DNA of 64,000 bases from Candidatus Latescibacterota bacterium (GCA_965223905.1 CBDCXV010000010.1:640001-704000), one strand, 5' to 3'. Shown: positions 9,175 through 19,631, numbered from the stretch's first letter. Numbers and translations: made by a program. Notes: generated from the sequence alone by a model not told the origin.

Positions 9175-9492
9175 ATGCGCAAGATCACCCAGGAGGAGTA
9201 CCAGGAGCGCCTCGACCGCATCACCGGGCTGTTCGCCGACATGGTCTCCCACGCCGACGAGCAGTCGCGCTACCGCTGCCCGTACCGCAACCGCCACGAC
9301 GAGTGCACGGCCAAGATCCGCTGCCGCAACCAGCTGCCGGCGCGCTCCGAGGGGTCTCCGCTCATCTGTGGCCACGACGGCAGCTTCGACTACCGCGACG
9401 CCTGGGACTCCGACCCCGGGGCCGTCGAGAAGGCCCGCGACAAGATGTCCCGCATCAGGGACAAGGCCGGAGACCGTCGCCGGAGCGGGTGA
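9175..9492 (+). CDS. Small Cys-rich hypothetical protein (Cx8Cx5Cx14C)
   Basis: Exactly fills the gap between the corrinoid and ASKHA genes, with coding-like codon bias. Confidence 0.75.
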   Translation: MRKITQEEYQERLDRITGLFADMVSHADEQSRYRCPYRNRHDECTAKIRCRNQLPARSEGSPLICGHDGSFDYRDAWDSDPGAVEKARDKMSRIRDKAGDRRRSG

Positions 9493-9493
9493 C

Positions 9494-11149
9494 ATGGCCG
9501 CGGTGATCCACGACCAGGTGCGGACCGAGCTCTCCCCCGGCCGGACGATCTTCGACTACGCCGATGAGCTCGCCGTGCAGGTGCCCACCTCCTGCTACCG
9601 GACCGGCCACTGCCACGAGTGCGTGGTCGAGATCAGGAGCGGCATCGAGGCCCTGACGCCGCCGACGGAGGCGGAATCCTTCCTGCGCGACAACTACCGC
9701 CTCGCCTGCCAGGCCGAGATTCTCCGCGACGACGTCGACGTCGAGTTCGCACCGCTGCGGCGGACCCCGAAGATCCTGACCGCGGGCGTCGAAAAGGAGA
9801 TCCCCCTCGACCCGGTAGTGACGCGCCGGGGCGGCGGCGTGCTCTACGACGGCGAGCCGGTCGACGCCTACCGCGGGCACCTCTACGGGCTGGCGATCGA
9901 CCTCGGCACCACCACGGTGGTGATGCAGCTGATCGACCTGGAGTCGGGAGCGCCGGTCTCGGTCAGCTCCTTCGAGAATCCCCAGCGCTTCGGCGGCAGC
10001 GACATCATGCACCGCATTTCCTACGACGGCGGCGAATTCCGGGGAGAGCTGCAGCGGTCCCTGGCCAACGCTGTCAGCCACGAGATCCTCGAGCTGGGAA
10101 GGCGCTTCGGGTTCGCCCGGCAGGAGATCTACGAGATCGTCGTCGCCGGCAACTCGACCATGCGCGACCTGCTGTTCAAGCTCGACGTGCAGAGCATCGG
10201 GCAGAAGCCGTACAAATCGCTGATCGAGCACGAGTACCTCGAGGGCAACAGGCCGACCACCGCCCTGGTCGAGGACGCCCGCCGCCTCGGACTGCGCGCC
10301 AACCTGCGCACCAAGGTCTACAGCATGCCGCTGATCGCCAGCCACGTCGGCGCCGATACGGCCGCGGCCATCGCCGCCTGCGGCCTCGACCGCGACGCCG
10401 ACGAGGCCGCCATGATCGTCGATGTCGGCACCAACACCGAGGTCGTCGTCGCCGGGAGGGGCCGCATGCTGACCGCCTCCTGCCCGGCCGGCCCCGCCTT
10501 CGAGGGGGGCCTCGTGAAGTTCGGCATGCCGGGGTACGAGGGGGCGATCGAATCGCTGCGCCTCGCCCCGAACGGCAGCCGGGAGTTCGAGTACTCGACG
10601 ATCGGCGGGCTGCCGCCGCAGGGGATCTGCGGCTCCGGCCTGGTCGATCTCCTCGCCGAGCTGCGGCGCCGCGGACGGATGACGGAAATGGGGGTCTTCG
10701 GGGACAGGAAGCAGCGGCAGATGACCCTGATTCCCGAGCACGGCATCACCTTCTCGCGCGACGACGCCAGCAACCTCGCGCAGGCCAAGGCGGCCAACTA
10801 CTGCGGGCAGTTCATCACCCTGCGCGCTTTCGGAGTCGATCCCGGCGACGTCTCCAGGCTCTACCTCGCCGGAGGTTTCGCCAACTACATCGACGTCGGC
10901 AACGCCATCGACATCGGCTTCCTCGCCCCGGTGCCGCGGGAGCGCATCGTCAAGGTCGGCAACGCCGCGGTCCAGGGGGCCCGGGAGGTGCTGCTCAACC
11001 GGCGGCGGCGCGCCGAAATCGAAGCGCTCGTGCACGACATCGAGCACCTCGAGCTGGAGACGACGCCCGACTTCTTCGAGGTCTTCGTCGAGGGCTGCCA
11101 GTTCAAACCGATGCCGGCCCGCCTGGCCCCGGCCGCGGCGGGAGCGTGA
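9494..11149 (+). CDS. ASKHA-domain reductive activator of corrinoid enzymes (RACE/RamA-like) with N-terminal 2Fe-2S domain
   Basis: SCYRTGHCHEC...RLACQ ferredoxin; AIDLGTTT; NPQRFGGSDI; DVGTNTE; GPAFEG; GICGSG; LAGGFA; GNAA. Confidence 0.93.
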   Translation: MAAVIHDQVRTELSPGRTIFDYADELAVQVPTSCYRTGHCHECVVEIRSGIEALTPPTEAESFLRDNYRLACQAEILRDDVDVEFAPLRRTPKILTAGVEKEIPLDPVVTRRGGGVLYDGEPVDAYRGHLYGLAIDLGTTTVVMQLIDLESGAPVSVSSFENPQRFGGSDIMHRISYDGGEFRGELQRSLANAVSHEILELGRRFGFARQEIYEIVVAGNSTMRDLLFKLDVQSIGQKPYKSLIEHEYLEGNRPTTALVEDARRLGLRANLRTKVYSMPLIASHVGADTAAAIAACGLDRDADEAAMIVDVGTNTEVVVAGRGRMLTASCPAGPAFEGGLVKFGMPGYEGAIESLRLAPNGSREFEYSTIGGLPPQGICGSGLVDLLAELRRRGRMTEMGVFGDRKQRQMTLIPEHGITFSRDDASNLAQAKAANYCGQFITLRAFGVDPGDVSRLYLAGGFANYIDVGNAIDIGFLAPVPRERIVKVGNAAVQGAREVLLNRRRRAEIEALVHDIEHLELETTPDFFEVFVEGCQFKPMPARLAPAAAGA

Positions 11150-12762
11150 GGCCGGTGAGCACCGCGACGTCAGCCGCCGGTCCCTGGAACAAGCGCTCGC
11201 TGCGCCACCTGCTCGAACGCACCTGCGAGTTCGCCACCGTCGTCGAGCTGGTCAACTCGCGCGGCGTCATCACCGAGCGCGGTGGCAGCAAGGTGATGCA
11301 GCTGGCCCGCGGCCTCGCCGACCTGCCCGGGATCCACGCCCTGAGCATCACCGACAACCCGGGCGGCAACGCCGTTCTCAGCGCCGACACCCTCGGCTTC
11401 GACCTGCTCTCGCGGGGGCAGGACGTCATCATCCACCTCTCCTGCAAGGACTGGAACCGCAACGGCCTGCAGAGCCACGCCTGGCAGCTGGCCAGCGAGG
11501 GGTTCGAGAGCATTCTCGCCCTCTCAGGCGACTACCCCGCCGACGGCTACCGCGGCCGCGCCAGCGGCGTCTTCGACATCGACTCGGTCGGCCTCCTGAA
11601 AATGCTCTCCGACATGAATCAGGGGCTGGAAACGCGGACCCCAAAGGGCCGCCGGGCGCGCATGAAACGGACCGACTTCTTCCTCGGCGCCGTGGTGAAC
11701 AACTACAAGCGTCACGAGCGCGAGGTCATGCCGCAGTACTTCAAGCTCGCCGCCAAAGTCGCGGCCGGGGCCGCCTTCGTCATCAACCAGATCGGCTACA
11801 ACGCCCGCAAGATGGACGAGCTGGTCAAATACATGGCGCTCAAGGGAATGAACGTTCCGGTCCTCGCCAACGTCTACGTCCTCAGCGGACCCGCGGCGCG
11901 CTACTTCAACGCCGGCCGCATTCCCGGAGTGGTGGTGTCGGACGAGCTGCTCGCCGAAGTCGAGAGGTACGCCCGCGGCCGGGACAAGGGCAAGGGATTC
12001 CTTCTCGAGTTCGCCGCCAGGCAGTGCGCCGTCGCCCGCGGCCTCGGCTACCGCGGCGCCTACCTCGGCGGCCACCTCAAACAGGATGATTACGCGCGCA
12101 TTCTCGAGCTGACGGCCTCCTACGGCGACGGCGACTGGCGGGATTTCGCCGCGGATTTCCGCTACGGTTTCCCGGACGAGTTCCACTTCTTCGAGGCCGA
12201 CCCGGAGACCGGACTCTCCTCCACCGAGATCAACCGCGAGTACGAGGCTTCGCGAACCCCCGAGGCCCGCCGCGCCCTGCGCCGCCAGGTGCCGCTGGCC
12301 TACAAGCTCAACCGGGCCGCCCACGAGGTTCTGTTCGAGCCGGACCGCCCGGCATTCAAGGCCGGCGAAAAACTGTTCGCCGCGGCCGATAACAGCGAGG
12401 GGCCGCGCAGGCTCCTTCACGCCGTCGAGCAGGCGGTCAAGGTGCCGGCCTTCGACTGCCGCGACTGCGGCGACTGCTCCCTGCCGGACATCGCCTTCCT
12501 CTGCCCGGAGTCGCAGTGCGTCAAGAACCAGCGCAACGGTCCCTGCGGCGGCACCCGCGACGGCAAGTGCGAGGTCGGGGAGAAGGACTGCATCTGGGCG
12601 CGGGCGTACGACCGCCTCAAAGCCTACGGGGAGGAGGAAGGGATGCTGGAGCGGCCGGTCGTCTACCGCGACGGCACTCTCGAAGGGACCAGCGCCTGGG
12701 GCAACACCTTCCTCGGACGCGACCACCACGCCGCGAACCATTCCGGGGCGCAGGCGGAATGA
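11146..12762 (+). CDS. metF: Methylenetetrahydrofolate reductase with fused C-terminal Cys-rich MTHFR_C (MetV-like) domain
   Basis: SITDNPGG, IHLSCKDWNR, ILALSGD, INQIGY; C-terminal CRDCGDC...CPESQCVKNQRNGPCGG...CE..CIW. GTG start overlaps the upstream TGA (alternative GTG 11155). Confidence 0.88.
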   Translation: MRPVSTATSAAGPWNKRSLRHLLERTCEFATVVELVNSRGVITERGGSKVMQLARGLADLPGIHALSITDNPGGNAVLSADTLGFDLLSRGQDVIIHLSCKDWNRNGLQSHAWQLASEGFESILALSGDYPADGYRGRASGVFDIDSVGLLKMLSDMNQGLETRTPKGRRARMKRTDFFLGAVVNNYKRHEREVMPQYFKLAAKVAAGAAFVINQIGYNARKMDELVKYMALKGMNVPVLANVYVLSGPAARYFNAGRIPGVVVSDELLAEVERYARGRDKGKGFLLEFAARQCAVARGLGYRGAYLGGHLKQDDYARILELTASYGDGDWRDFAADFRYGFPDEFHFFEADPETGLSSTEINREYEASRTPEARRALRRQVPLAYKLNRAAHEVLFEPDRPAFKAGEKLFAAADNSEGPRRLLHAVEQAVKVPAFDCRDCGDCSLPDIAFLCPESQCVKNQRNGPCGGTRDGKCEVGEKDCIWARAYDRLKAYGEEEGMLERPVVYRDGTLEGTSAWGNTFLGRDHHAANHSGAQAE

Positions 12763-12784
12763 ACCATTTTTCCTGGAAAAGCGA

Positions 12785-13861
12785 ATGAAGCTGCAGGACC
12801 CCGATCTCGACTTCGTCATCGTCGGCGAGAATATCCACACCACGCGGGTGGTGATGCGCCGCGGCAAGCTGGTGACCGCGGACGCCGACGGCCGCGAAGC
12901 GGTGCGCTACACCTCGGCCGCGGGCGAACGCCGCCACCTGGCTATCCCCGAGGCGGTGAAGCGCACCCAGGATTACGAGGAGGGGCGCGTCAAGCACGTC
13001 AAGATCGCCCTGCAGGGGGCGATGTCCGGGGAGGGCGAACCCGCGGCAGAGGGAATGCAGTACCTCGAACGGCTGGTTCAGCGCCAGGAACAGGCTGGGG
13101 CCGACTTCCTCGACCTCAACGTCGACGAGATCTCGCTGAAACTCGAAGAGCAGAAGGCGGCGATGGCCTGGCTCGTGCGCACTGTGCAAGGCATGTCGGA
13201 AATCCCGGTGTCCGTCGATTCCTCCAATGTCGAGACCATCGCCACCGGCCTGGAGGCGTGCGACAAGTCCAAGGGGCGGCCGCTGCTCAACTCCGCCTCG
13301 CTCGAGCGCCTCGAAGCTCTCGATCTCGCCGTCGAGAACGACGCCGGCGTCATCGTCACCGCGGCCGGCGATTCCGGGATGCCGGAGAGCGCCGAGGAGC
13401 GCATCGGCAATGCCTCGCGCATGGTCGATGCGGCTTTCGACAGGGGGATTGCCGACAGCGACATCTACATCGACCCGCTGATATTCCCGATCTCGGTGGA
13501 CGGCCGCTTCGGCCTTCACAGCTTCGAGGCGATCCGCGGCCTGCGCGAGAAATACGGCCCCCGCATTCACATAACCGGGGGCATGAGCAACGTTTCATTC
13601 GGCATCCCGAGCCGCAAGTGGATCAACGACGTCTTCATGATGCTCGCGGTCGAGGCCGGGGCCGACAGCGGCATCATCGATCCGGTGACCAGCCGGCCGG
13701 ACAAGGTGTTCGCCCTCGACCGCAGCTCACGTCCCTACCAGCTGGCCGAGGACGTGCTGATGGGCAGGGACGAGCACTGCGCCGGGTACATCCGGGCTTG
13801 GCGAAAGGGGGAGCTCGGAGACGGCGGCCCCGCGCGCCGCAGGCCGCGGCCGAGGAGATGA
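12785..13861 (+). CDS. Pterin-binding methyltransferase (AcsE / MetH folate domain-like)
   Basis: IVGENI, GADFLDLNVD, SVDSS, LLNS, IDPL, GGMSNVSFG, GADSGIIDP. Confidence 0.9.
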   Translation: MKLQDPDLDFVIVGENIHTTRVVMRRGKLVTADADGREAVRYTSAAGERRHLAIPEAVKRTQDYEEGRVKHVKIALQGAMSGEGEPAAEGMQYLERLVQRQEQAGADFLDLNVDEISLKLEEQKAAMAWLVRTVQGMSEIPVSVDSSNVETIATGLEACDKSKGRPLLNSASLERLEALDLAVENDAGVIVTAAGDSGMPESAEERIGNASRMVDAAFDRGIADSDIYIDPLIFPISVDGRFGLHSFEAIRGLREKYGPRIHITGGMSNVSFGIPSRKWINDVFMMLAVEAGADSGIIDPVTSRPDKVFALDRSSRPYQLAEDVLMGRDEHCAGYIRAWRKGELGDGGPARRRPRPRR

Positions 13862-14871
13862 AACCGCTTCTCGAGCGCCTGGAGGAAGGCCCACTCCTCT
13901 ACGACGGCGCCTTCGGCACCGAGCTGTTCGCCCGCGGCATCGAGCTGCCGAACAGCGCCATGGCCAACCAGCTGCATCCCGACGCCGTCCTCGACATCCA
14001 TCGCCGCTACATCGAGGCGGGCTCCGAGATGATCCACGTCAACACCTTCGTCGGCTCTCCGCTTCACCTCGAGATGGCCGACCCCGAAGCCGATGCCGGC
14101 CGCATCGCCGCCCTGGCCGTCGCCCACGCCCGCCGGGCGGCCGCGGAAGCAGGGCGCGATATCTATGTCGCAGGCAGCCTCGGCCCTTCCCCCGGCGCCA
14201 TCGAAGCGGATGCCGGCGGCACCGATTTCGGCATCCCGGACGCCAAGGTCCGCGACGCCCACCAGCGGGTCGCCGCGGCCCTGGCAGAGGGAGGGGTCGA
14301 CCTCTTCGTCATCGAAACGATGTTTTCCGCCAACGAAGCGGCGATCGCCGTCGACGTCGCGCGCCGTTTCGGGCTTCCCGTCGCCCTCTGCCTCACCTAC
14401 AAGTACACGCGGGACCGCCATACCCGGGGGATCGTCTACAGGACCGACTGGGGCCACTCCGCAGGGGACCTGCTCGAAGTCCTCGCCTCGGGGAAGCACT
14501 CCAACGGCGACGACCTCTTGGAATCGGTCGACCTGCTCGGGCTGAACTGCGGCGCCGAGCAGCGCCGCCGCGAGCACACCGGCATGCCGTACGCCCTGCT
14601 CGGCATCGAGCAGCTCAATGAGGCGATGGATGCCCGCGGCATGGCCCGCAAGAAGACGATCGCCTTCCCGAACGCGGGCATGCCCCGTCTCGACGAGCGC
14701 CAGCGCACCGTGTATTCGCAGACCCCGGAAGAGATGGCGGCCGAGGTCCCCGCCCTGCTCGCCGCCGGCGCCGCGGTCGTCGGGGGATGCTGCGGAACCG
14801 ACCCCGACCATATCCGTGGATTCGCCGCAGCCATGGCCGCGGCCGGTTGGCCGCGGCAGCAGGAGCAATAG
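13858..14871 (+). CDS. Homocysteine S-methyltransferase domain protein
   Basis: [51 protein letters not shown] (Zn ligands). ATGA overlap with the upstream gene. Confidence 0.92.
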   Translation: MKPLLERLEEGPLLYDGAFGTELFARGIELPNSAMANQLHPDAVLDIHRRYIEAGSEMIHVNTFVGSPLHLEMADPEADAGRIAALAVAHARRAAAEAGRDIYVAGSLGPSPGAIEADAGGTDFGIPDAKVRDAHQRVAAALAEGGVDLFVIETMFSANEAAIAVDVARRFGLPVALCLTYKYTRDRHTRGIVYRTDWGHSAGDLLEVLASGKHSNGDDLLESVDLLGLNCGAEQRRREHTGMPYALLGIEQLNEAMDARGMARKKTIAFPNAGMPRLDERQRTVYSQTPEEMAAEVPALLAAGAAVVGGCCGTDPDHIRGFAAAMAAAGWPRQQEQ

Positions 14872-14874
14872 CAG

Positions 14875-15141
14875 ATGGCCCAATACCAGATCCTCTTCTG
14901 GCAGGACATCCCCGCCCAGGTCCGCGTCTTCGACGGGCGCCGGCCGCTTTCGCAAAAAATGCCCGACCGCTTCCAGGAGGCGATCGACCAGTCGGCGATG
15001 GAGCAGGGGCTCGAGGGCACCGACGACTACCTCGAGCAGTGGAGCTGGACCGCCAGGCAGGAGCGGCCCGGCAGCCCGCAGGAGGTGCTCGAAGCGCTCC
15101 TGACCGAGCTCGAAGTGGAGTTCGACCGCAGGGACTCATGA
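14875..15141 (+). CDS. Small 'virulence factor' family protein of the type associated with corrinoid/MetF clusters
   Basis: [12 protein letters not shown]...[11 protein letters not shown]...DDYLEQW signature. Confidence 0.78.
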   Translation: MAQYQILFWQDIPAQVRVFDGRRPLSQKMPDRFQEAIDQSAMEQGLEGTDDYLEQWSWTARQERPGSPQEVLEALLTELEVEFDRRDS

Positions 15142-17036
15142 GCACCTACCCCAAGACCTACGACGTCGTCGTCGTCGGGGGCGGTCACGCCGGCACCGAG
15201 GCGGCCCTCGCCGCCGCCCGCATGGGGGCCGAAACCCTGCTGCTGACCATGAACCTCGACACCGTGGCGCAGATGTCGTGCAACCCCGCCATCGGCGGTA
15301 TCGGCAAGGGCCACATGGTCGTGGAGATCGACGCCCTCGGGGGCGCCATGGCCGCCAACACCGACCGCTCCGGGATCCAGTTCCGCCGCCTCAACACCAG
15401 CCGCGGTCCCGCGGTGCGCGCCTGCCGCGCCCAGTGCGACAAGAAGGTGTACCAGCTCGAAATGAAGTACACCTGCGAAGCCCAGGACCGCCTCGACCTG
15501 CGCCAGGGAATGATGGAGAGCCTGATCGTCGAAGGCGGCCGCGTCACTGGGGTCGGGGTCAAGGGGGGGATCCTCTACCGGGGGCGCACCGTCATCCTGA
15601 CCACGGGAACCTTCCTCAAGGGCAGGATCCACGTCGGCGACTTCAGCTACAACTCCGGCCGCGCCGGGGAGGCGGCCGCCGACAGGGCCTCGGAGGGTCT
15701 CGCCTCCCTCGGGTTCGAGATCGGGCGCCTGAAGACCGGCACCCCGCCCCGCGTCAACGGCCGCAGCATCGACTTCGACGCCCTCGAGAGGCAGCCGGGC
15801 GACGACCCGCCGCGAATGTTCTCGTACGAAAGCGAGGGCCCGGTGCTGCCGCAGCTCCCCTGCTGGATCGCCTACACCAACAGCGAAACCCATGACCTCA
15901 TCCGCGGCAACCTCGGCCGCTCTGCCATGTACAGCGGCCGCATCGAGGGGGTGGGACCGCGCTACTGCCCCTCGATCGAGGACAAGATCGTCAAGTTCGC
16001 CGACCGCGAGCGCCACCAGGTCTTCGTCGAGCCGGAGGGAGTCCGCACCCTCGAGTTCTACATCAACGGCCTGTCGATGAGCCTGCCCGAAGAGCTCCAG
16101 CACGACATCCTGCGCACCGTTCCCGGTCTCGAGCGCGCCGAGATCATGCGCCCCGCCTACGCCGTCGAGTACGACTACGCGCCGCCGACGCAGCTGTACG
16201 CGTGGCTGGAAACCAAGCTCGTCGACTCGCTCTTCTTCGCCGGGCAGATCAACGGCACCACCGGGTACGAGGAAGCCGCGGCCCAGGGCCAGCTCGCCGG
16301 CATCAACGCCGTGCTCAAGGGGCGCGGCGAGGAGCCGTTCGTGCTGAAGCGCTCCGAGGCTTACATGGGGGTGCTGGTCGACGACCTGGTGACCAAGGGA
16401 ACGCCGGAGCCGTACCGGATGTTCACCTCGCGCGCCGAGTACCGCCTGCTGCTGCGCGAGGACAACGCCGACTACCGGCTGATGGAACACGGGCGCCGCT
16501 TCGGAATGGTGGGAGACAGTGCCTGGAACCGGTTCCGGCGCAAGCAGCGGGACGTCGCCGAGGAGCTGGCGCGGCTGCGCAGCGTGCGCATCCGGCCCGG
16601 GGAAGGAGTGAACGAGGTGCTGGAAAGACAGGGCACGGCGAAGATCTCCGAGGCGGCCCTGCTCGCCGACCTGCTGCGGAGGCCGCAGCTCGGGTACGAC
16701 GACGTCTGCGAGCTGTCGCCCCCGCCGCGGCCCCTGCCAGCCGACGCCGCCGAGCACGTCGAGGCGGAGATCAAGTATGAAGGGTACATCGACCGGCAGC
16801 AGCAGGAGGTCGCCAAGGTACGGCGCCTCGAGGAGCTCGTCATACCGGCCGATTTCGACTTCGAGGCGGAGGCCGACAAGCTGTCGACGGAGGCGCGCCA
16901 GAAGCTCTCCGCGGTGCGGCCCCGCACCCTGGGACAGGCCTCCCGGATCTCGGGTGTCTCCCCCGCGGACGTATCCTCCCTGATGGTCATCCTGCACGCC
17001 CGCCGGGCAAATGCGGATACGGTTCCACCCCGGTGA
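15138..17036 (+). CDS. mnmG: tRNA uridine-5-carboxymethylaminomethyl modification enzyme MnmG (GidA)
   Basis: [76 protein letters not shown]. Confidence 0.98.
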   Translation: MSTYPKTYDVVVVGGGHAGTEAALAAARMGAETLLLTMNLDTVAQMSCNPAIGGIGKGHMVVEIDALGGAMAANTDRSGIQFRRLNTSRGPAVRACRAQCDKKVYQLEMKYTCEAQDRLDLRQGMMESLIVEGGRVTGVGVKGGILYRGRTVILTTGTFLKGRIHVGDFSYNSGRAGEAAADRASEGLASLGFEIGRLKTGTPPRVNGRSIDFDALERQPGDDPPRMFSYESEGPVLPQLPCWIAYTNSETHDLIRGNLGRSAMYSGRIEGVGPRYCPSIEDKIVKFADRERHQVFVEPEGVRTLEFYINGLSMSLPEELQHDILRTVPGLERAEIMRPAYAVEYDYAPPTQLYAWLETKLVDSLFFAGQINGTTGYEEAAAQGQLAGINAVLKGRGEEPFVLKRSEAYMGVLVDDLVTKGTPEPYRMFTSRAEYRLLLREDNADYRLMEHGRRFGMVGDSAWNRFRRKQRDVAEELARLRSVRIRPGEGVNEVLERQGTAKISEAALLADLLRRPQLGYDDVCELSPPPRPLPADAAEHVEAEIKYEGYIDRQQQEVAKVRRLEELVIPADFDFEAEADKLSTEARQKLSAVRPRTLGQASRISGVSPADVSSLMVILHARRANADTVPPR

Positions 17037-17393
17037 AAAATCGATGCCCTGCGTCCCCATCGGATTTGCCCCCGCTTCCGGTCCCGCGAGCCGGCCGGTC
17101 GCACCCCTTCCTTCAGCCAGGCCTGGTAGCTTCCACCGGGGTGATCCATCCGCCTGCGGGCATGTCCGAGTCCTCCGCAGCCGGCGTTCCCCTTCGACAG
17201 CGACTCGAACCGCTCGCTTTCCCCGCAAATCTGCCGGTGGAGCGGGCGCTTGCGGAACCCTGAATGATTGGTTAGATACAGTGTTTCGTTTTTCTTCCGC
17301 CCGCATGGGTTTCACTGCTTGCATGATGCGGCGCTTCTTGCAGGGACCTCGCCGAAATCCGCTACCCCGCGTCATCACAGGAGAACAGTTTTT

Positions 17394-18107
17394 TTGCGTT
17401 TGATCCTTTTGGGTGCCCCTGGCTCCGGTAAGGGGACGCAGGCCAAGAGGCTTGTCGAGCACTTCGGCATCCTTCAGGTATGCACTGGCGACATGCTCCG
17501 GGAAGCCGTTGCCTCGCAAAGCGATCTCGGGGTCCTCGTGGAACACTACATGAGGGTCGGGCACCTCGTGCCCGACCCTCATGTCAATCAACTAGTCGCC
17601 GAGCGCCTTGCCCAGGAGGACGCCGGCGATGGCTTCGTCATGGACGGGTACCCCCGGACCCTCCCCCAGGTCGACTCGTTCCAGGAGCTGCTCGACCGCC
17701 GCGGCCTGCAGCTCGACGGCGTCCTCTTCATCGACGTCCCGGACGAGGCGGTAATCCACCGCATGACCGGACGCCGAGTCGACCCGCTGACAGGGGCGAT
17801 CTACAACCTCCACCTCGACGGCGCCCCGCCCGCGGCCGAGGTCGCCGGGCGCCTCGAGCAGCGCCCGGACGACACCGAGGAGGTGATCCGCGAACGCATG
17901 GAGACCTTTCACCGCGAGACCGGCCCCGTGATCGCCCGTTACCGGTGTCTGGGGAGGCTGATCACCGTCGACGGAAACGCCGATTCCGACACTGTCTTCA
18001 AGGATGTAGCTGCTTCATTTTCCTCCGGCGACCCGACTCTGTCCAGGCCTTCTCTGGACAAGATCCGGCAGCAGTTCCCGGCGCCGGCCCCGGAACCCAG
18101 GCAATGA
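17394..18107 (+). CDS. adk: Adenylate kinase
   Basis: TTG start with AGGAG RBS at 17379; GAPGSGKGTQ, TGDMLR, DGYPRT, LID region, QRPDD. Confidence 0.93.
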   Translation: MRLILLGAPGSGKGTQAKRLVEHFGILQVCTGDMLREAVASQSDLGVLVEHYMRVGHLVPDPHVNQLVAERLAQEDAGDGFVMDGYPRTLPQVDSFQELLDRRGLQLDGVLFIDVPDEAVIHRMTGRRVDPLTGAIYNLHLDGAPPAAEVAGRLEQRPDDTEEVIRERMETFHRETGPVIARYRCLGRLITVDGNADSDTVFKDVAASFSSGDPTLSRPSLDKIRQQFPAPAPEPRQ

Positions 18108-18433
18108 CCGAAGCCGACAAACTGTCCCTCTACAAGACCGGCCTGGACCACTACGCCCGGCAGGAGTTCGAGGCCGCGGCCGACGCCTTTCGCCGGGCTC
18201 TCGAGATCGATCCCGAATTTGCCGATGTCCACCAGGCCCTGGCACACGTCCGGGAAAAGCTCGGGGATTTCGACGCTGCCCTGGAATCGGCGAAGCGCGC
18301 CGCGGAGATCAATCCCGACGACTTCCTCGTCCACACCAGCCTGTCGATGTTCTACCAGCGCAAGGGCATGATCGCCGAAGCCGAGGCGTCGAAAGCCAGG
18401 GCCGCGGAGCTGCTGCTGCAACAAGGGGGCTGA
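18104..18433 (+). CDS. Small tetratricopeptide repeat protein
   Basis: ATGA overlap with adk; AFRRALEIDP and AKRAAEINP TPR motifs. Confidence 0.85.
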   Translation: MTEADKLSLYKTGLDHYARQEFEAAADAFRRALEIDPEFADVHQALAHVREKLGDFDAALESAKRAAEINPDDFLVHTSLSMFYQRKGMIAEAEASKARAAELLLQQGG

Positions 18434-18482
18434 TCCGCTTTCCCAGGCCTCCCGGGACGCTCGGGCGCCACCGGCAGCAACC

Positions 18483-19601
18483 ATGTCCTCCTCCCCTCTC
18501 GCCACAGCACCGGCGCCAACCCATCCCGGACCGTCCCAAAACGAGCCGGAGCCCGGCTTTCGGATCGGGCCCCATCGGGTTCGTCCCCTGCGCCCGGACA
18601 TGCCGGTGCTCTCCCTCGCCCCGATGGCGGGGGTGGGGAACTGGGTGTTCCGCCTGATCTGCGCCCGCCTGGGGGCGCGCACCGTCGGGGTGGAGTTCAT
18701 CAACTGCCGGGTGATCGGGGAAAACTCGGCGCGCACCCGCAGACTGCTCGACTTCTCCGACGCCGCGGTCTACGACCGCACCGGAATGTCCCTTCTCGCC
18801 GCCCAGATCTACGGCAACGACATCGAGCTCATCGCCGCGGGGGCGCGCGAGTTCGAAAGGCGCGGATGCCACCTCGTCGACATCAATTTCGGCTGCAGCG
18901 TGCCCCAGATCCTGCGCAAGGGATGCGGCGCCGCGTACCTGCGTGACCTCGACCGCCTGTACCGCGCCGTGCGCGCCGCGGTCGAGGCGGTTTCCATCCC
19001 CGTCATCGTCAAGACCCGCATCGGTTGGGACGCCGATTCGGTCAACATCGTCGAGGTGATAAAACGCTGCGAGGAGGCCGGCGCCCGGGCGATCGCCGTT
19101 CACGCCCGCACCGTGGAACAGAAATACAAGGGCAGGGCGGACTGGGGCTGGATAGCCGCGGCAGTGGAGGCGGCAAGCGTGCCGGTGTTCGGCAACGGCG
19201 ACGTGCACACCTACGAGGACGCCGTCGCCATGAGCGAGCAGACCGGCTGCGCCGGCGTCATGGTCGGGCGCGCCGCCATCGCCAACCCGTGGATCTTCGC
19301 CGGCAGGAGGAACGTCGGACTGCCGGAGCGCATCGACCTCGCCATCGAGCAGTTGAAGCTGATGGCGCGCCACAAGGGGGACCGGGTCGGGGTGCTCGAA
19401 ACCCGCAAGCACCTCGCCCTCTACTTCAAGGACCTCGACAGGAACTCGGCGACGCGGCGCAGTATTCTGACCACGGGGTCGCTGCCGGAGCTGATCGAGG
19501 TGCTGTGCGCCTGGCGGGAACGCGGCGGCGCCGAGCCTGAGGCCGACCTGGGACTGACCGACGCCGAGGCCGGGTCCCTCGCCTGGGGCGGCAACGGCTG
19601 A
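18483..19601 (+). CDS. tRNA-dihydrouridine synthase (DusB-like)
   Basis: LAPMAG, QIYG, DINFGC, KTRIGWD, VHART, GNGDV, MVGRAAIANPWIF. Confidence 0.92.
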   Translation: MSSSPLATAPAPTHPGPSQNEPEPGFRIGPHRVRPLRPDMPVLSLAPMAGVGNWVFRLICARLGARTVGVEFINCRVIGENSARTRRLLDFSDAAVYDRTGMSLLAAQIYGNDIELIAAGAREFERRGCHLVDINFGCSVPQILRKGCGAAYLRDLDRLYRAVRAAVEAVSIPVIVKTRIGWDADSVNIVEVIKRCEEAGARAIAVHARTVEQKYKGRADWGWIAAAVEAASVPVFGNGDVHTYEDAVAMSEQTGCAGVMVGRAAIANPWIFAGRRNVGLPERIDLAIEQLKLMARHKGDRVGVLETRKHLALYFKDLDRNSATRRSILTTGSLPELIEVLCAWRERGGAEPEADLGLTDAEAGSLAWGGNG

Positions 19602-19631
19602 TACGGACCCGCGCCGCGGCCGCTTCCCCGA

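Noticed and set aside
9619-11145. Apparent giant ORFs such as the 1047-aa 9619..12762 and 902-aa 47070..49778
   Set aside because: Their N-terminal parts are Arg/Pro-rich off-frame readings of upstream genes; the real starts are internal, so they are not fusions.
17100-17216. tRNA T-loop-like GGTTCGAGTC and SRP-like GAAGGAAG on the minus strand
   Set aside because: No cloverleaf or SRP helix-8 structure can be built around them.
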